Assembly (NCBI GenBank): GCA_951406725.2
Contig: OX597820.1
Span: 89,156,001-89,220,000, forward strand
Reading direction: 5' to 3'
DNA from: Octopus vulgaris
Lineage: Eukaryota
DNA length: 64,000 bases
The notes beneath the pieces were generated by a model. That model made no database searches. It had not been told where the DNA came from and saw nothing but the letters and a program-made list of their open reading frames with translations. Positions 26,498-46,200 of this stretch are shown here, one piece after another. Both the position numbers and the translations under genes were made by a program. Numbering within the stretch: position 1 is the first letter of the stretch; each line of letters begins with the position of its first letter.

Positions 26498-27670
26498 ACA
26501 TAGATTAAATCTGCGAATTTTAACCAATCGTATTGTTTGTTTTCATTTGAAATAATTAACTGCATTATCTTAGTGTGACGTAGAAAGCTATTTTGTGACG
26601 TAGACAGCTGTGCGTAGGTCTGTAGCATTGATGTACATGTGTGTGTGTGTGTGCGTGTGTGTGTGTTTGATGGGGTGTGGGAGACAGAAAGTATGTTGTG
26701 TAAGTGAAGTACTTCTGTTAGTGTGTGTGAAGAGACAGAGAGAGTAATGTGTGAAAGAGAGAGATAACTGAAATTTTTTACTCGGTGTATGTGTATATGT
26801 ATGTATGCATGTATGTGTGTGTGTATGTATCTATGTGTGTGTGTATGTATGTGTATGTATGTGTGTGTATGTGTGTGTCTGTATGTATGTATGTATGTAT
26901 GGCCGATTCAGTGTTTACATTATTTCGAGTTAAAACGAAAGATTACCAAAAAAAATTTTGTCTATATCTTCGATCACTGTCATTATTCCATTAAGTCAAC
27001 CTCATTATTTTCTACATAGCAAAGGTAATCTTTCGTTTTAACTCGAAATAATGTAAACACTGAATCGGCCATACATACACACACACACATACATACACAC
27101 ACATACACATACATATACACACACACATACATAGATACATATACACATACATGCATACATACATATACACATACACCGAGTAAAAAATTTCAGTTATCAC
27201 GGAAAGGTCTACTACAAACGAAAGATTGCCAAAGATAAAAAGTTACAGAAATAAAAGTTACACGAATAAAGTAAGGAATAAAAATCACAAAAAATATACG
27301 AAAATTTACAAAAACTAAGTTAGTTATATAATATATAAGTTTAATATATAAGTTATATATAAAAAAATGTGAATAAAAACGAAAGGAATACGGTAACCGG
27401 GTGTTTACATTTCACGTATGTTAACTACGTCAGCAAAATAGCCGTTTACGTCTATTGAGACGGAGTAAATAATATGAAGCCGAAAGACCGAATACCATTG
27501 GTTAAAATTCTAATTATTAAACAACGTTAAACTTAGAAATTACAATTCCGTTTTCATTCTGGTTTACAATTATGTTTTCTTTTGACACATTCTACCAGTA
27601 TACGAAGTTTCAAATTGTTTTGTTAAGTAGGAAAAATCTGACAAATCAGGCCTTGAAAATGAAAAGATCC
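26498..27670. mobile_element. Merlin-like element related to 2838-3264; left end lost in the gap
   Basis: Right end acacattctaccagtatacgaagttt..gaaaagatcc mirrors 2838-2920. Confidence 0.55.
26763..27198. repeat. Inverted repeat, arms about 180 bp, spacer about 75 bp
   Basis: gataactgaaattttttactcggtg..aaagattacc / ggtaatcttt..caccgagtaaaaaatttcagttatc. Confidence 0.9.
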
Positions 27671-27982
27671 GGTCCCTGAAATAGGTTTGTTTAAGGATGA
27701 TGAACGAAACACCCAAGTTTTCAGAGGTGAATTATTCAAACTATTTGAATTCTTCTCAACACATGGCTATGACGCTCCCTCACTACTTTTGCTCGTGATC
27801 AGAGATGCACATATCGTCAGCCACCAAAAGACCTGTTCAACTGGTTAAAATCAAACAACTTACAAACAAATCTGTGGCATTGAACAGAGTATTTACTGTA
27901 GCCCATCTTTTATACCAAGACAAAGCAATGTACATAACATTTCCAATCAGTTAAGATTAGAAGCCATGACAGCCACTGTTTG

Positions 27983-28013
<31 letters not shown>

Positions 28014-28303
28014 GATACACCTGTGAAAAATTAAAAGAAAATATAAAAGGAGAAAGGGGTTCTCTACTCCCCCCCCCACCTTTTGACCAGGCTTCCGTGG
28101 CTTTTATGGGTTTTTCCACGAATAACCTTTCGAAGCGCCTCCCCCTATTGGGAGTTTTAATTGTTACTTATATTTCGTTGTTATCCTGCTTTTGTACACG
28201 GACTTTTTCAAACGGACAAAGCCCTTTGTAACTTTCGTCCTGTGTTTTGTCCCTTTATTTTTCAATTGATTTTTGTTAACCCTTGTGGCCAATAAACAAA
28301 TTT
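28014..28303 (+). mobile_element. LINE 3'-UTR-like fragment in (ATT)n; paralog at 38542-38830
   Basis: Ends cccttgtggccaataaac plus (tta)n; duplicated. Confidence 0.5.
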
Positions 28304-28304
28304 A

Positions 28305-28371
<67 letters not shown>

Positions 28372-28496
28372 CATTATTATTATTATTATTATTATTTTCA
28401 GGATCGATAAATTAAATACAAGTGATGTAATCGTCTAATCCCCTCACCCTAAATTTCATGCCTTGTGCCTTAAATAGAAAGGATTATTATCATTAT

Positions 28497-28707
28497 TAAG
28501 GTAGCGTGCTGGCAGAGTCGTTAGCACGCCTGGCGAAATGCTTAGCGGCATTTCGTCTGTCTACGTTCTGAGTTCGAATTCCACAGAGGTCTACTTACCT
28601 TTCATCCTTTTGGGGGTCAATGAAATAAATACCAGTTGAGTACAGGAGTCGATATAATCGACTAGCCCCTATCCCCAAATTTCAGGCCTTGTGCCTTTAG
28701 TAGAAAA
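28497..28707 (+). mobile_element. SINE family B
   Basis: Head and core match; runs into (ATT)n. Confidence 0.8.
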
Positions 28708-32720
<4,013 letters not shown>

Positions 32721-33046
32721 GATAATGTTATCATTTTTTAGCTTTGATTGGCTCGTGGGGAGACGGCCATCATTGCCGTTACAATTATAATCGTACCATT
32801 ATAGCAGCCGTAGTCGGCTTATTATTGTTATCATCACCATTATTATCACTATCATCATTATCACCACCATTACCATCATCATTATCATCATCACCATCAC
32901 CATCACCACCATCATCATCAATGATATTGTTTTATGTGTAGTCACAGCAGTATCTTATTATTGTTATTTTTGTTTTTTTATCATTATCACCATCACAGTA
33001 GTGTCTGTCTGTCTCGTTGGCTGGCTTGGTGGTTGACTGCTTATTA

Positions 33047-33128
<82 letters not shown>

Positions 33129-33133
33129 CATCA

Positions 33134-33174
<41 letters not shown>

Positions 33175-33735
33175 GAATGAGAGAGCAGTGCATGTCATCA
33201 AGGTGACACTGGGGTAAAATATACGAAGCCCAGTATACCCATCATGACTGCCTGTCTGAAAAGGGTACACTAGGCACATGCATCACAACCATATGTGCGC
33301 GACATGGTGATCTCATATCAAGATAAACAGCACATGACCTTGCAGGTGGAACCCAGTTAGAATTTTCTTCTGGTCAAGTAACCCATCCCGCTCAAAATTT
33401 CCCTGAATATGGGTTGTTTAAGGATGTTGAATGAAACACCCATGTTTCCAGAGGTGAATTATTTAAACCCCAAATAATCCCTCTCAACATATGGCTATGA
33501 TGCTCCCCAACTACTTCTGCTCGTGATCAGAGATGCACATATCGTCAGCCACAAAGGGACATGGTCAACTGGTTAAGGTCGAACAACTGACAAGGAAATC
33601 TGTGGCATTGAACAGAATATTTGCTGTAACCCATCTGTTATATACCAAGACAAAACAATATACATGATAACACTTCCAATCAGTTAAGATCAGAAGCTAT
33701 GAGAGCCACTGTCTGGTACCTGCATTAGGGCATTT
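33175..33735. mobile_element. About 560-bp non-coding element flanked by (ATT)n
   Basis: Copies at 40420-40966 and 41003-41563; partial copies at 27671-27985 and 38170-38505. Confidence 0.85.
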
Positions 33736-33737
33736 AC

Positions 33738-33771
<34 letters not shown>

Positions 33772-33773
<2 letters not shown>

Positions 33774-33882
33774 TTTTTTTTTTCTTCTTTCAAATTTGCT
33801 TCCATTTCTTGCCGAGTGTCTTCCCGACTCCTAGGGCAAAGAAACTCATAGTATATATTGGTAGGCCATTAAACCAAACTCA
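33772..33882 (-). mobile_element. Severely 5'-truncated copy of the R4/Dong 3' UTR
   Basis: Nearly identical to 28853-28962; (ATT)n on both sides. Confidence 0.9.
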
Positions 33883-33933
<51 letters not shown>

Positions 33934-33937
33934 GATA

Positions 33938-33969
<32 letters not shown>

Positions 33970-34033
33970 GTTGTTGTTGTTGTTATTGTTATTATTATTA
34001 TTATTATTGTTATTGTTATTGTTATTATTATTA

Positions 34034-34082
<49 letters not shown>

Positions 34083-34105
34083 CATTATTATTATTGTTGT
34101 TGTTA

Positions 34106-34149
<44 letters not shown>

Positions 34150-34174
34150 GTCATTATTATTATTGTTGTTGTTA

Positions 34175-34232
<58 letters not shown>

Positions 34233-34712
34233 CATTATCAGTAGCCCTATTACTCGTACCAACGCTACCAATAGTCCTATTATCACTGTAATTCTCACTA
34301 TCACCAGGACAACTGTTAGCGTTAGTAATAGGACCTCTATCAATAGTATTCTCGTTAATGGTAGTATCAAGGTTGCTGTTGGCGTTTTCATTATTAGAGT
34401 TGATACTAGTGCTGTAATTATGGCCAATGAACTTATTCTTCTTCTAATTATAACCACATAATCATTTCACCCTTTTAACTCTACTTACCTATCTGTCCAC
34501 CATGGCATCAAATTCCTTTTGTACTACAGCATTACATCTCCTTCATTCTTTGGTCCCTTAAGTTCACTATACTAAAACATAGTAATTAAACGCTCCTACT
34601 CTATCCATTTAAATATTTATTTATATCTATATTTACCCTCGATTTACTTTCGATTTATCATCTTTATTATTTAATTTTATTCCTTAACTCTCAAAGGGAA
34701 TATATCTTCATT

Positions 34713-35129
34713 ATTACACACATGTGAGTGAGAACACTTTGAGATATTTTTGGTATCTAACATATGTCAGATACTGCGAGCGCTGCTTCTGATTGGTCAA
34801 TCCATGGTGATGACCCGAGGTCACGGTGACAGCGCTGCTTCTGATTGGTCAATCCATGGTGATGACCCGAGGTCACCGTGACGGCACTACTTTTGTCATT
34901 CATAAATTACAACTAAACGTGTAGAATTTAGTTTTTGGGTTAATAAAATATGGTCGTTTATTCGTGTGTAATAAATAAAATACCAAACTCATTCCCTATG
35001 GATACTGTATTTATTACAACTCGTGGCTTGTAAACGTATCTAACTCGCTTTGCTCGTTAGATACGTTTACAAGCCACTCGTTGTAATAAATACGGTATCC
35101 ATAGGGAACTCGTTTGGTATTCTCTATTT
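34713..35129. mobile_element. Crypton-like non-autonomous element
   Basis: Absent from the paralog at about 42510 (cttcattaacagc); no TSD or TIR; internal tandem repeat with tgattggtc and a long terminal hairpin. Confidence 0.55.
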
Positions 35130-35754
35130 AATAGCACAGATCCTCAAATCTTAATTTTAATTTCTTTTTTATCTTTTTATTTTAATTTTTTAAATTTTAG
35201 TTTTAAATTTTAAATTTTAGATTTTTTTGTTTGCTTGCACGGGCATCTATTTCTCTCACTATGACAACCAAGCTGTCCCCAATTCTCCCTTCCCCTCCAT
35301 TAATATCTGACTACTTACTATACCAGACTTCTATTATCTTTTTACGACCGCTTTATTACAGCCACTACTCACTCCCTCCTATTAGTACCCAACCTGTAGC
35401 TCTGACATCTGCTTTCCTTCATCCCTTATTTATTTGTCTTTGCACACGCATCCCTTTAACACTCTGGACAAGAGTATCCCTGGCTATACCGATTAGTATA
35501 TATCTAATAGCCAGCATCTGTTTGTGACATAGCTAGCCTTTTGAAATACATGAAGAAGGCCAGCTGAGTGAATTGGATGTGAAATAATGTGTCTTATTCA
35601 AGGACACGACATGTCACCAGGAATTAAACTCACCACCTTACAATTCTGAGCCGAATACCCTAACCACTAAGTCACGCCCCCCACAAACATATTTATATAC
35701 AGAGACACGTAGAACGTCTCTATGTGTATATATATATATATATATATAATTTAT

Positions 35755-36125
35755 AAAGGAATACAAAAAATGGGATAAGAACGCAAAACATCCAGTTAGA
35801 TGATGCAAAAAAGGGACAACAAAACATCCAGGCAGATGATACAAAAAGGGACAAGAAAAAACAAGGACGGGTCATTTGGAGTTTTCTTTCCTCAGTCGAA
35901 TTCCAGATTATCTTTGCAATTTCGGCTGGTTATACTCGAGATTGATCCAATCTGGCCAGCCCCAAGGAAAACTAAGCTAAGAGCACTAGAATCCTTGGAA
36001 GAAAGCAGCGAATGTATACGAAAATAAGGACAAAATACCGGAGAAATGGTACACAAATACAAATGCAAATAACAGGACATTAGCAACAGGTGTCTTTCGA
36101 CTAAGGAAGAATTCAATTAAGCTGA
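35755..36125 (-). mobile_element. Short repeat abutting (TA)n, probably Penelope-derived; paralog at 43104-43478
   Basis: Same A-rich/T-rich architecture as the other TA-linked modules. Confidence 0.4.
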
Positions 36126-36128
36126 TGA

Positions 36129-36320
36129 GTCCCAAAGAAATGTATATACACTTTAACAGCTGATAACTCAACTAATGATTTTTCTTTCCAGATTAAACCC
36201 ATTGGAATTTATGATGGCAGTCAGCTTAAGCTTTGAACAAAGGAAACTCATTCTAAAATGCTACTGGAAGTGTGAAAACGTAGTCGAAGTGTAAAGACAG
36301 TTTAGGTGGGAATTTCAAAC
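36129..36320 (+). mobile_element. Tc1/mariner 5' end fragment (DUF4817-like HTH); paralog at 43481-43672
   Basis: MAVSLSFEQRKLILKCYWKCENVVEV*RQF. Confidence 0.6.
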
Positions 36321-36753
36321 ATATATATATATATATATATATAAGTATATGCTTGTATACTCACGCACACGCATGTATATATAAGCGCAGGCGTGGCTGT
36401 GTGATAAGATGAGCTAACTTGTCAACCACAAGGTTCTGGGTTCAGTCCCACTGCGTGGCACCTTGGGCAAGTGTTTTCTACTATGGAAACTGAAAGAAAC
36501 CCGTTGTATACACACACACACATACACACAAGAAGACATGTATATCGCTAAGATAAGTGTCTGTAGTACGTCTTTAAAATCTGTACTTTCCTTCAAATTT
36601 AAAAAAAATTTTAAAAATATAAATTTTAAATTTTAAATTTAAATAATTTAATTTTATATATTTTGTATATTATATTAATTATATTTATTTTTATGTTTTG
36701 GTTTATGTTGTTCACTGTTTGATTTGCCTAATAATGGTTTTATCTCTAATTTA

Positions 36754-36789
<36 letters not shown>

Positions 36790-36879
36790 CCCTTTCATCT
36801 TTTCGGGGTCAATAAATTAAGTATCAGTGAATCACTGGGGTCGTCCAAAATTTCAGGCCTTGCGCCTATAGTAGAAAGG

Positions 36880-36952
<73 letters not shown>

Positions 36953-37521
36953 TTATTATTATTATTATTATTATGGCCGCCATACAGGGAAGACGTACTA
37001 AGTTGGAGTTCCGTAATTTGTGTTTAATCAAGTGTTCCGGCTGGTCAGAGCCCGTTCAGTCAAATATTATTGTTTTTATAACTGTTTTGCTTGCATTGTC
37101 ATGATCGCGGTGGAAACAGTTCTGTGTAATTACACCCCGCAAATAGGGTGTGTAACTCAATAATATTTGTTTTGTATTTTTGTCAAATCAAGAATTTATA
37201 TAATTTTCCAATTTTTAAAAGATGTCGGGATATGACAAAATGACCATAATCGACGGTGAGCAGCGTTCGGTAGACTGATTTTAAATACCGAATGCAGCCG
37301 CGGCTGGTGTTAAAATTGATTTATCGTCGAAAAGAAATAGAATTTCATCGTGTGGCTATGACGGCAGTAACAAGTGTGATGATACTAGCAGCAGCAAAGA
37401 CAGTGAAAATAACAACAACAACAACAACGACGACGACAACGATGGCAACAACAACAGTAGCGATAATGTGAACAGCAGCATTAGCATAAACATCAGAAGC
37501 AACAATAATAGCAACTGTATC

Positions 37522-37960
37522 AATACCTATTTCTTTACTACTCGCAAGGGGCTAAACACAGAGAGGACAAACAAAGACAGACAAACGCGTTAAGTCGATT
37601 ATATCGACCCCAGTGCGTAACTGGTACTTATTTAATCGACCCCGAAAGGATGAAAGGCAGAGTCAACCTCGGCGGAATTTGAACTCAGAACGTAACCGCA
37701 GACGAAATACCTATTTCTTTACTACCCACAAGGGGCTAAACACAGAGAGGGCAAACAAAGACAGACAAACGCGTTAAGTCGATTATATCGACCCCAGTGC
37801 GTAACTGGTACTTATTTAATCGACCCCGAAAGGATGAAAGGCAAAGTCGACCTCGGCGGAATTTGAACTCAGAACGTAACGGCAGACAAAATATCTATTT
37901 CTTTACTACCCACAAGGGGCTAAACGCAGAGAGAGCAAACAAGGACAGACAAACGGATTA
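37522..37960 (-). repeat. Tandem array (about 184 bp x 2.4) of the SINE family B body
   Basis: Units start aatacctatttctttactac at about 37522, 37706 and 37890. Confidence 0.9.
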
Positions 37961-38501
37961 TCAACTGTATCAATAACATCAGCAACAACATGAGCAACAA
38001 TATCGTAAACAGCAACAACATGAACATAAAGATTGAAAACAACAACAACAACAGTAACAATAACAACAGCGAAAGAACAATGTTTTCGAGAAAAAAACTG
38101 TGTGGAAAACAACCACAACAACAGCAGCTGCAGTAGCAGCAATAATGCCAAAAAAGAACCACAACAATGCTAGCCTATCCCGCTCAAAAGGTCCCTGAAA
38201 TAGGTTTGTTTAAGGATGATGAACGAAACACCCAAGTTTTCAGAGGTGAATTATTCAAACTATTTGAATTCTTCTCAACACATGGCTCTGACGCTCCCTC
38301 ACTACTTTTGCTCGTGATCAGAGATGCACATATCGTCAGCCACCAAAAGACATGTTCAACTGGTTAAAATCAAACAACTTACAAACAAATCTGTGGCATT
38401 GAACAGAGTATTTACTGTAGCCCATCTTTTATACCAAGACAAAGCAATGTACATAACATTTCCAATCAATTAAGATTAGAAGCCATGACAGCCACTGTCT
38501 G

Positions 38502-38541
<40 letters not shown>

Positions 38542-38828
38542 GATACACCTGTGAAAAATTAAAAGGAAATATAAAAGGAGAAAGGGACTCTCTACCCCCC
38601 CCGCCCCTTTATTGACCAGGCTCCCTTGGCTTTTATGAGTTTTTCCACGAGTAACCTTTCGAAGCACCTCCCCCTATTGAGAGTTTTAATTGTTACTTAC
38701 ATTTCGTTGTTATCCTGCTTTTGTACACGGACTTTTTTAAACGGACAAAGCCCTTTGTAACTTTCGTCCTGTGTTTTGTCCCTTTATTTTTCAATTGATT
38801 TTTGTTAGCCCTTGTGGCCAATAAACGA

Positions 38829-38918
<90 letters not shown>

Positions 38919-38922
<4 letters not shown>

Positions 38923-39894
38923 TAGTTTTATTTTTATTTTTATAGCGTGCTTTCACTTCACTACCGAGCGCAGCTCTGTGTGCCTTTTGTATGTGCTGTG
39001 ATTTGTTGTGATGCTCTGATGGTTATTGTATGGAAAGTGTTCTGCGTAGGATGTGTGCAGTGCCTAGTAGTGCAATTTTCTGTATGTTATATGTGTTTGT
39101 AAGTCCTGGTGTTTTTGTTATCTATTTGTCTGAATATTTTTTTATCATGCCTAATGCACCTACTATGATAGGTATTGTTTCTGTTTTCAGATTCCACATT
39201 CTAGTTACCTCTATTTCCAGGTCTTTGTATTTTGAGAGTTTCTCCATTTCTTTTAGAGACACGTTGTCATCTGCCGGTATTGATACATCAATTAGAAAGC
39301 ATTTTTTTCTTCATGGTCTCTGACAACTATATCTGGTCTGTTGGCCTTAATTTCTCTGTCTGTGTGTATCGGCATATCCCAGAGTATGGTTGCTTTCTCG
39401 TTTTCTGTGACCTTTTCTGGTGTGTGCCTATACCATCTTTTTTCTGTTGTTATTCCATAATGTTGGCATAGCTTCCAATGTATGTAGGTTCCAACTCTGT
39501 CATGTCTGTGAATATATTCCTTCTTAGCCAGGACTGGGCAGCTAGAGATAATATGATTTATTGTTTCTTGTCCATCTCCACATATTCTGCAGTTACTTGT
39601 AATATTTCTTTTCATTACATGTTTTTGGTAATTTCTGGTGGGGAGGCTTTGGTCTTGTGCTGCAATTAAAAATCCCTGTTTCTGCTTTGAGTCCTGAGCT
39701 TCTCAACCATTGCTGGGATTTTTCTTTGTCTATTTCTTTTGCGTTTAGTTTAGTCCAGTATTTACCATGAAGGGGCTATTCTTGCCATCGTTTTATCATG
39801 GTTCGTTGCTGTTCTATTTTTAGTTTGGATTTCATTTGTTTTATAGCTTTTGTTGTTTCTCCATCTTCTTCTTCTTCTTCATGTTTATTAGGTG

Positions 39895-39897
<3 letters not shown>
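38919..39897 (-). mobile_element. Second R4/Dong family, 5'-truncated and frameshifted
   Basis: CRICG..ETINHIISSC..RHDRVG..ILWD..ANRPDIVV; flanked by (ATT)n on both sides. Confidence 0.9.
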
Positions 39898-39964
<67 letters not shown>

Positions 39965-39976
39965 CATTATTATTGT

Positions 39977-40365
39977 TAAGGCCAGAAACGTTAGCACGCC
40001 GGATGAAATGCTAAGCGGTATTTCGCCTGTCGCTACATTCTGAGTTCAAATTCCTCCGTGTCGACTTTGCCTTTTATCCTTTCGGGGTCGATTAAATAAG
40101 TACCACTTACGCACTGGGGTCGATATAATCGACTTAATTCGCTTGTCTGTCCTTGTTTGTCCCTTCTGTGCTTAGCCCCTTGTAAGTTGTAAAGAAATAG
40201 GTATTTCGTCTGCGGTTACGTTCTGAGTTCAAATTCCGTCGAGATCGACTTTGCTTCTCATCCTTTCGAGATCGATAAATTAAGTACCAGCGAAACACGA
40301 GGGTCGATGCAATCGACTAGTCCCCTCCCACTAAAATTTCATGCCTTGTGTCTTTAGTAGAAAGA
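39977..40365 (+). mobile_element. SINE family B, partial dimer
   Basis: Core repeated twice. Confidence 0.8.
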
Positions 40366-40419
<54 letters not shown>

Positions 40420-40966
40420 GAATGAGAGAGCAGTGCATGCCATCAAAGAGACACTGGGGTGAAATATACGAAGCCCAGTATACCCATCATGACTGCCCGT
40501 CTGATAAGGGTACACTAGGCACATGCATCACAACCATATGTGCGCGACATGGTGATCTCATATCAAGATAAACAGCACATGACCTTGCAGGTGGGGCCCA
40601 ATTAGAATTTTCGTCTGGTCAAGTAACCCATCCTGCTCAAAATTTCCCTGAATATGGGTTGTTTAAGGATGTTGAATGAAACACCCTTCTTTCCAGAGGT
40701 GAATTATTTAAACCCCAAAGAATCCCTCTTAACATATGGCTATGATGCTCCCAAACTACTTCTGCGCGTGATCAGAGATGCACATATCATCAGCCACAAA
40801 GGGACATGGTCAACTGGTTAAGGTCGAACAACTGTGGCATTGAACAGAATATTTGCTGTAACCCATCTGTTATATACGAAGACAAAACAATATACATGAT
40901 AACACTTCCAATCAGTTAAGATCAGAAGCCACGAGAGCCACTGTCTGGTACTGCATCAGGGCATTT
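40420..40966. mobile_element. 560-bp (ATT)n-flanked element
   Basis: Copy of 33175-33735. Confidence 0.85.
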
Positions 40967-40968
40967 AC

Positions 40969-41002
<34 letters not shown>

Positions 41003-41559
41003 GAGTGAGAGAGCAGTGCATGCCATCAAAGTGACACTGGGGTAAAATATACGAAGCCCAATATACCCATCATGACTACCCGTCTGATAAAGGTACACCA
41101 GGCACATGCATCACAACCATATGTGCGCGACATGGTGATCTCATATCAAGATAAACAGCACATGACCTTGCAGGTGGGGCCCAGTTAGAATTTGCTTCTG
41201 GTCAAGTAGCCCATCCCGCTCAAAAGGTCCCTGAATAAGGGTTGTTTAAGGATGTTTAAAGAACCACCCATGTTTCCAGAGGTGAATTATTCAAACCCCA
41301 AAGAATCCCTCTCAACATATGGCTATGATGCTCCCCCACTATTTCTGCTCGTGATCAGAGATGCACATATCGTCAGCTACTAAGGGACATGCTCAACTGG
41401 TTAAGGTCAAACAACTGACAAGCAAATCTGTGGTATTGAACAGATTATTTGCTGTAACCCATCTGTTATATACGAAGACAAAACAATATACATGATAACA
41501 CTTCCAATCAGTTAAGATCAGAAGCCATGAGAGCCACTGTCTGGTACCTGCATCAGGGC

Positions 41560-41563
<4 letters not shown>
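41003..41563. mobile_element. 560-bp (ATT)n-flanked element
   Basis: Copy of 33175-33735. Confidence 0.85.
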
Positions 41564-43772
<2,209 letters not shown>

Positions 43773-44642
43773 TATTATATTTTATCTGCCTCCCTTTGGG
43801 AGTTATATATATAGCATATATGCATCGCGTCATATATTTACAGAAAACTCACATTCTGGTGTGTGTGTCAAATGCTTTTCTTAGTCTGGTTTATAAATAT
43901 TCATATATAGATACATGAGTAAAATGTATGGGAAGCTAACACATAAGAGTGAGTGAAAATGTTCTTGGAAGAGAGTAAATAGCCAGGGAGTAATAAAGTA
44001 AACATACACATACATACATACATACATACATACATACATACATACATACATACATACATACATACATACATACATACATACATACATACACACACACATA
44101 CATACATACACACACACATACATACATACACACATACATACATACATACATATATATACATACATACATATACATACATACATACACACACACACATACA
44201 CACACACACAGTATTGAAGCTTGAGAACAATCAGATACATCTGCAACACATCTGTTGAAAATATTATTGTTCACACACATACATATACATATATACATAC
44301 AGAGAGACAGACAGATAGACACACACACACACACACACACACACATGATCCAGCATGGCCACAACCTCAAGGCTGAAACGTATAAAACAATAACAGAATA
44401 TAAATGTGTGCATGTGTGTGAGAGAGAGAGTGTGTGTGTATATGTATGTATGTATGTATGTATATATATATATAATAATGCGGTTTTTTCAACAGCTTGA
44501 ACTAAATGTCAGAGGGGAATGGGATAAACTACTTATATTAACTTGCTATAAAAGCAGGTAGTAATTTTATCTTGTCTTTATTCATAGTACAAGTTTTGAA
44601 GAGTGCATTTCGATTTTAACAGCTATTTTTTTCAAAGCTATA

Positions 44643-45060
44643 TTGGAAGTAACAAAGGAGCATATTTGGCATATTTTGCTTTATGAGTTCAATAAAGACA
44701 ACAACGCAACGGAAAGTACAAGAAATATTAATGCAGTATATGGGGATTGGACAATAAGCGTAAGGCAGTGTCAATGGTGGTTCCAGAAATTCCGAGCCAT
44801 AAACTACAGCCTAGAAGACGAGCCTCATCCTGAAAGATCTGTAGAACTCGACAAGGACATCCTGAAAACCCTGGTGGAACAAAATCTCATCGTAACTGTT
44901 GAGGAACTAGCAGAGAAGCTTGGATTTGGTCATTCAACCATTCATTGAGACCTGTGTGCTATCGGAAAAGTCAGCAAATTGGGTCAATGGGTTCCTCACG
45001 AACTTTCCGAGTCTAATTGCATGCAGAGAGTGAATGTATGCTTTTCTTTGCTGTCACATC
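44643..45060 (+). pseudogene. Mariner transposase N-terminal fragment; second copy at about 46500-46850
   Basis: HILLYEFNK..NINAVYG..WFQKFR..SLEDEP..TVEELAEKL; then WVPHEL. Confidence 0.85.
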
Positions 45061-45083
45061 TCACCACTACTGCGCTATGTATA

Positions 45084-45719
45084 TCTATATATATAAAACT
45101 GTAGTTGTGTGAGTGTCTGTCCCCTTCGATTTAGATTCCTAACTACTCCCACATTTTGCGGTGCAGTTTAACCAAATTCGGGTAGCTTATAGTCGTGATT
45201 CATATCGAGCCCGTCTGACTATTAGCGCGCGTCTACGATGAGTCTACAATTTAAAAAATAATTTAACATAATTTTTTATTCCATTTTAATGCATAATTTT
45301 TCGTGTGTCGATGGCGGCGGAGTTGGCGTCCACGCTCACACCTGCACCTGTGGGGAAGGGAGTGTAAGGAAATCAACGTCGTAATGCGTTGTCAAGGAGA
45401 CCAGCGTTCTTTTAGAACAACGACTTCATGGCTTGAAGACACCAAAACAGAAATGGCTAAGAAAGCGTCTACATGAGTCTACGATTTAAAAAAAAATTTA
45501 CCATCGTTTTTTTCCATTTTAATGCATTTTTTCGCTATTATATAAGGAAAGTAACTCTCTAAAAATGTCTACGATGAGTCAACGATTTTAAAAAAAAATT
45601 ACCATCATATTTTTTCCATTTTTAATGCATTTTTTGCTATTTTTTGGCTATAACTCTCTAAAAATGCTTATATAGTTATTTCCCTTACAAACCCGAGCAA
45701 CGCCGGGCGATACTGCTAG
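45084..45719 (+). mobile_element. Non-autonomous Helitron
   Basis: A|TC start, subterminal hairpin, CTAG|T end. Confidence 0.9.
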
Positions 45720-46165
45720 TCTTATTATAAAAGGCAGATTTTATCTGCCTCCCTTTGGGAGTTATACAAATCTACAATATAGGATTTCTTCAATTACAAT
45801 TTACCTACCATTTTTAAGAGTACAATGCATCGCGTCATGCCAGGTCCAGTTTTTAAAATTTAAACTCCAATTAAGCAAAATTTACAGAAAACTCACATTC
45901 TGGTGTGTGTGTCAAATGCTTTTCTTAGTCTGGTTTACACCACACGCAAACGCATACACACAGTGGGCAACGAATAAAATGAAAGTAAATAGCGGACAGA
46001 GTGATTTGAGGAAGACTAAAGTGAAAGTATTCTGTCTATGACGATGATAGATACATGAGTAAAATGTATGGGAAGCTAAGAGCTAAGAGTGAGTGAAAAT
46101 GTTCTTGGAAGAGAGTAATTAGTAATAAAGTAAACATACACTCATACATACATATATACATACAT

Positions 46166-46200
<35 letters not shown>

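Noticed and set aside
36122-36145. Hammerhead core ctgatgagtcccaaagaaa
   Set aside because: It spans the junction of two elements, and the paralog reads ctgatgtg; chance match.
44643-44948. SETMAR-like host gene
   Set aside because: Only a truncated mariner N-terminus with stops; no SET domain.
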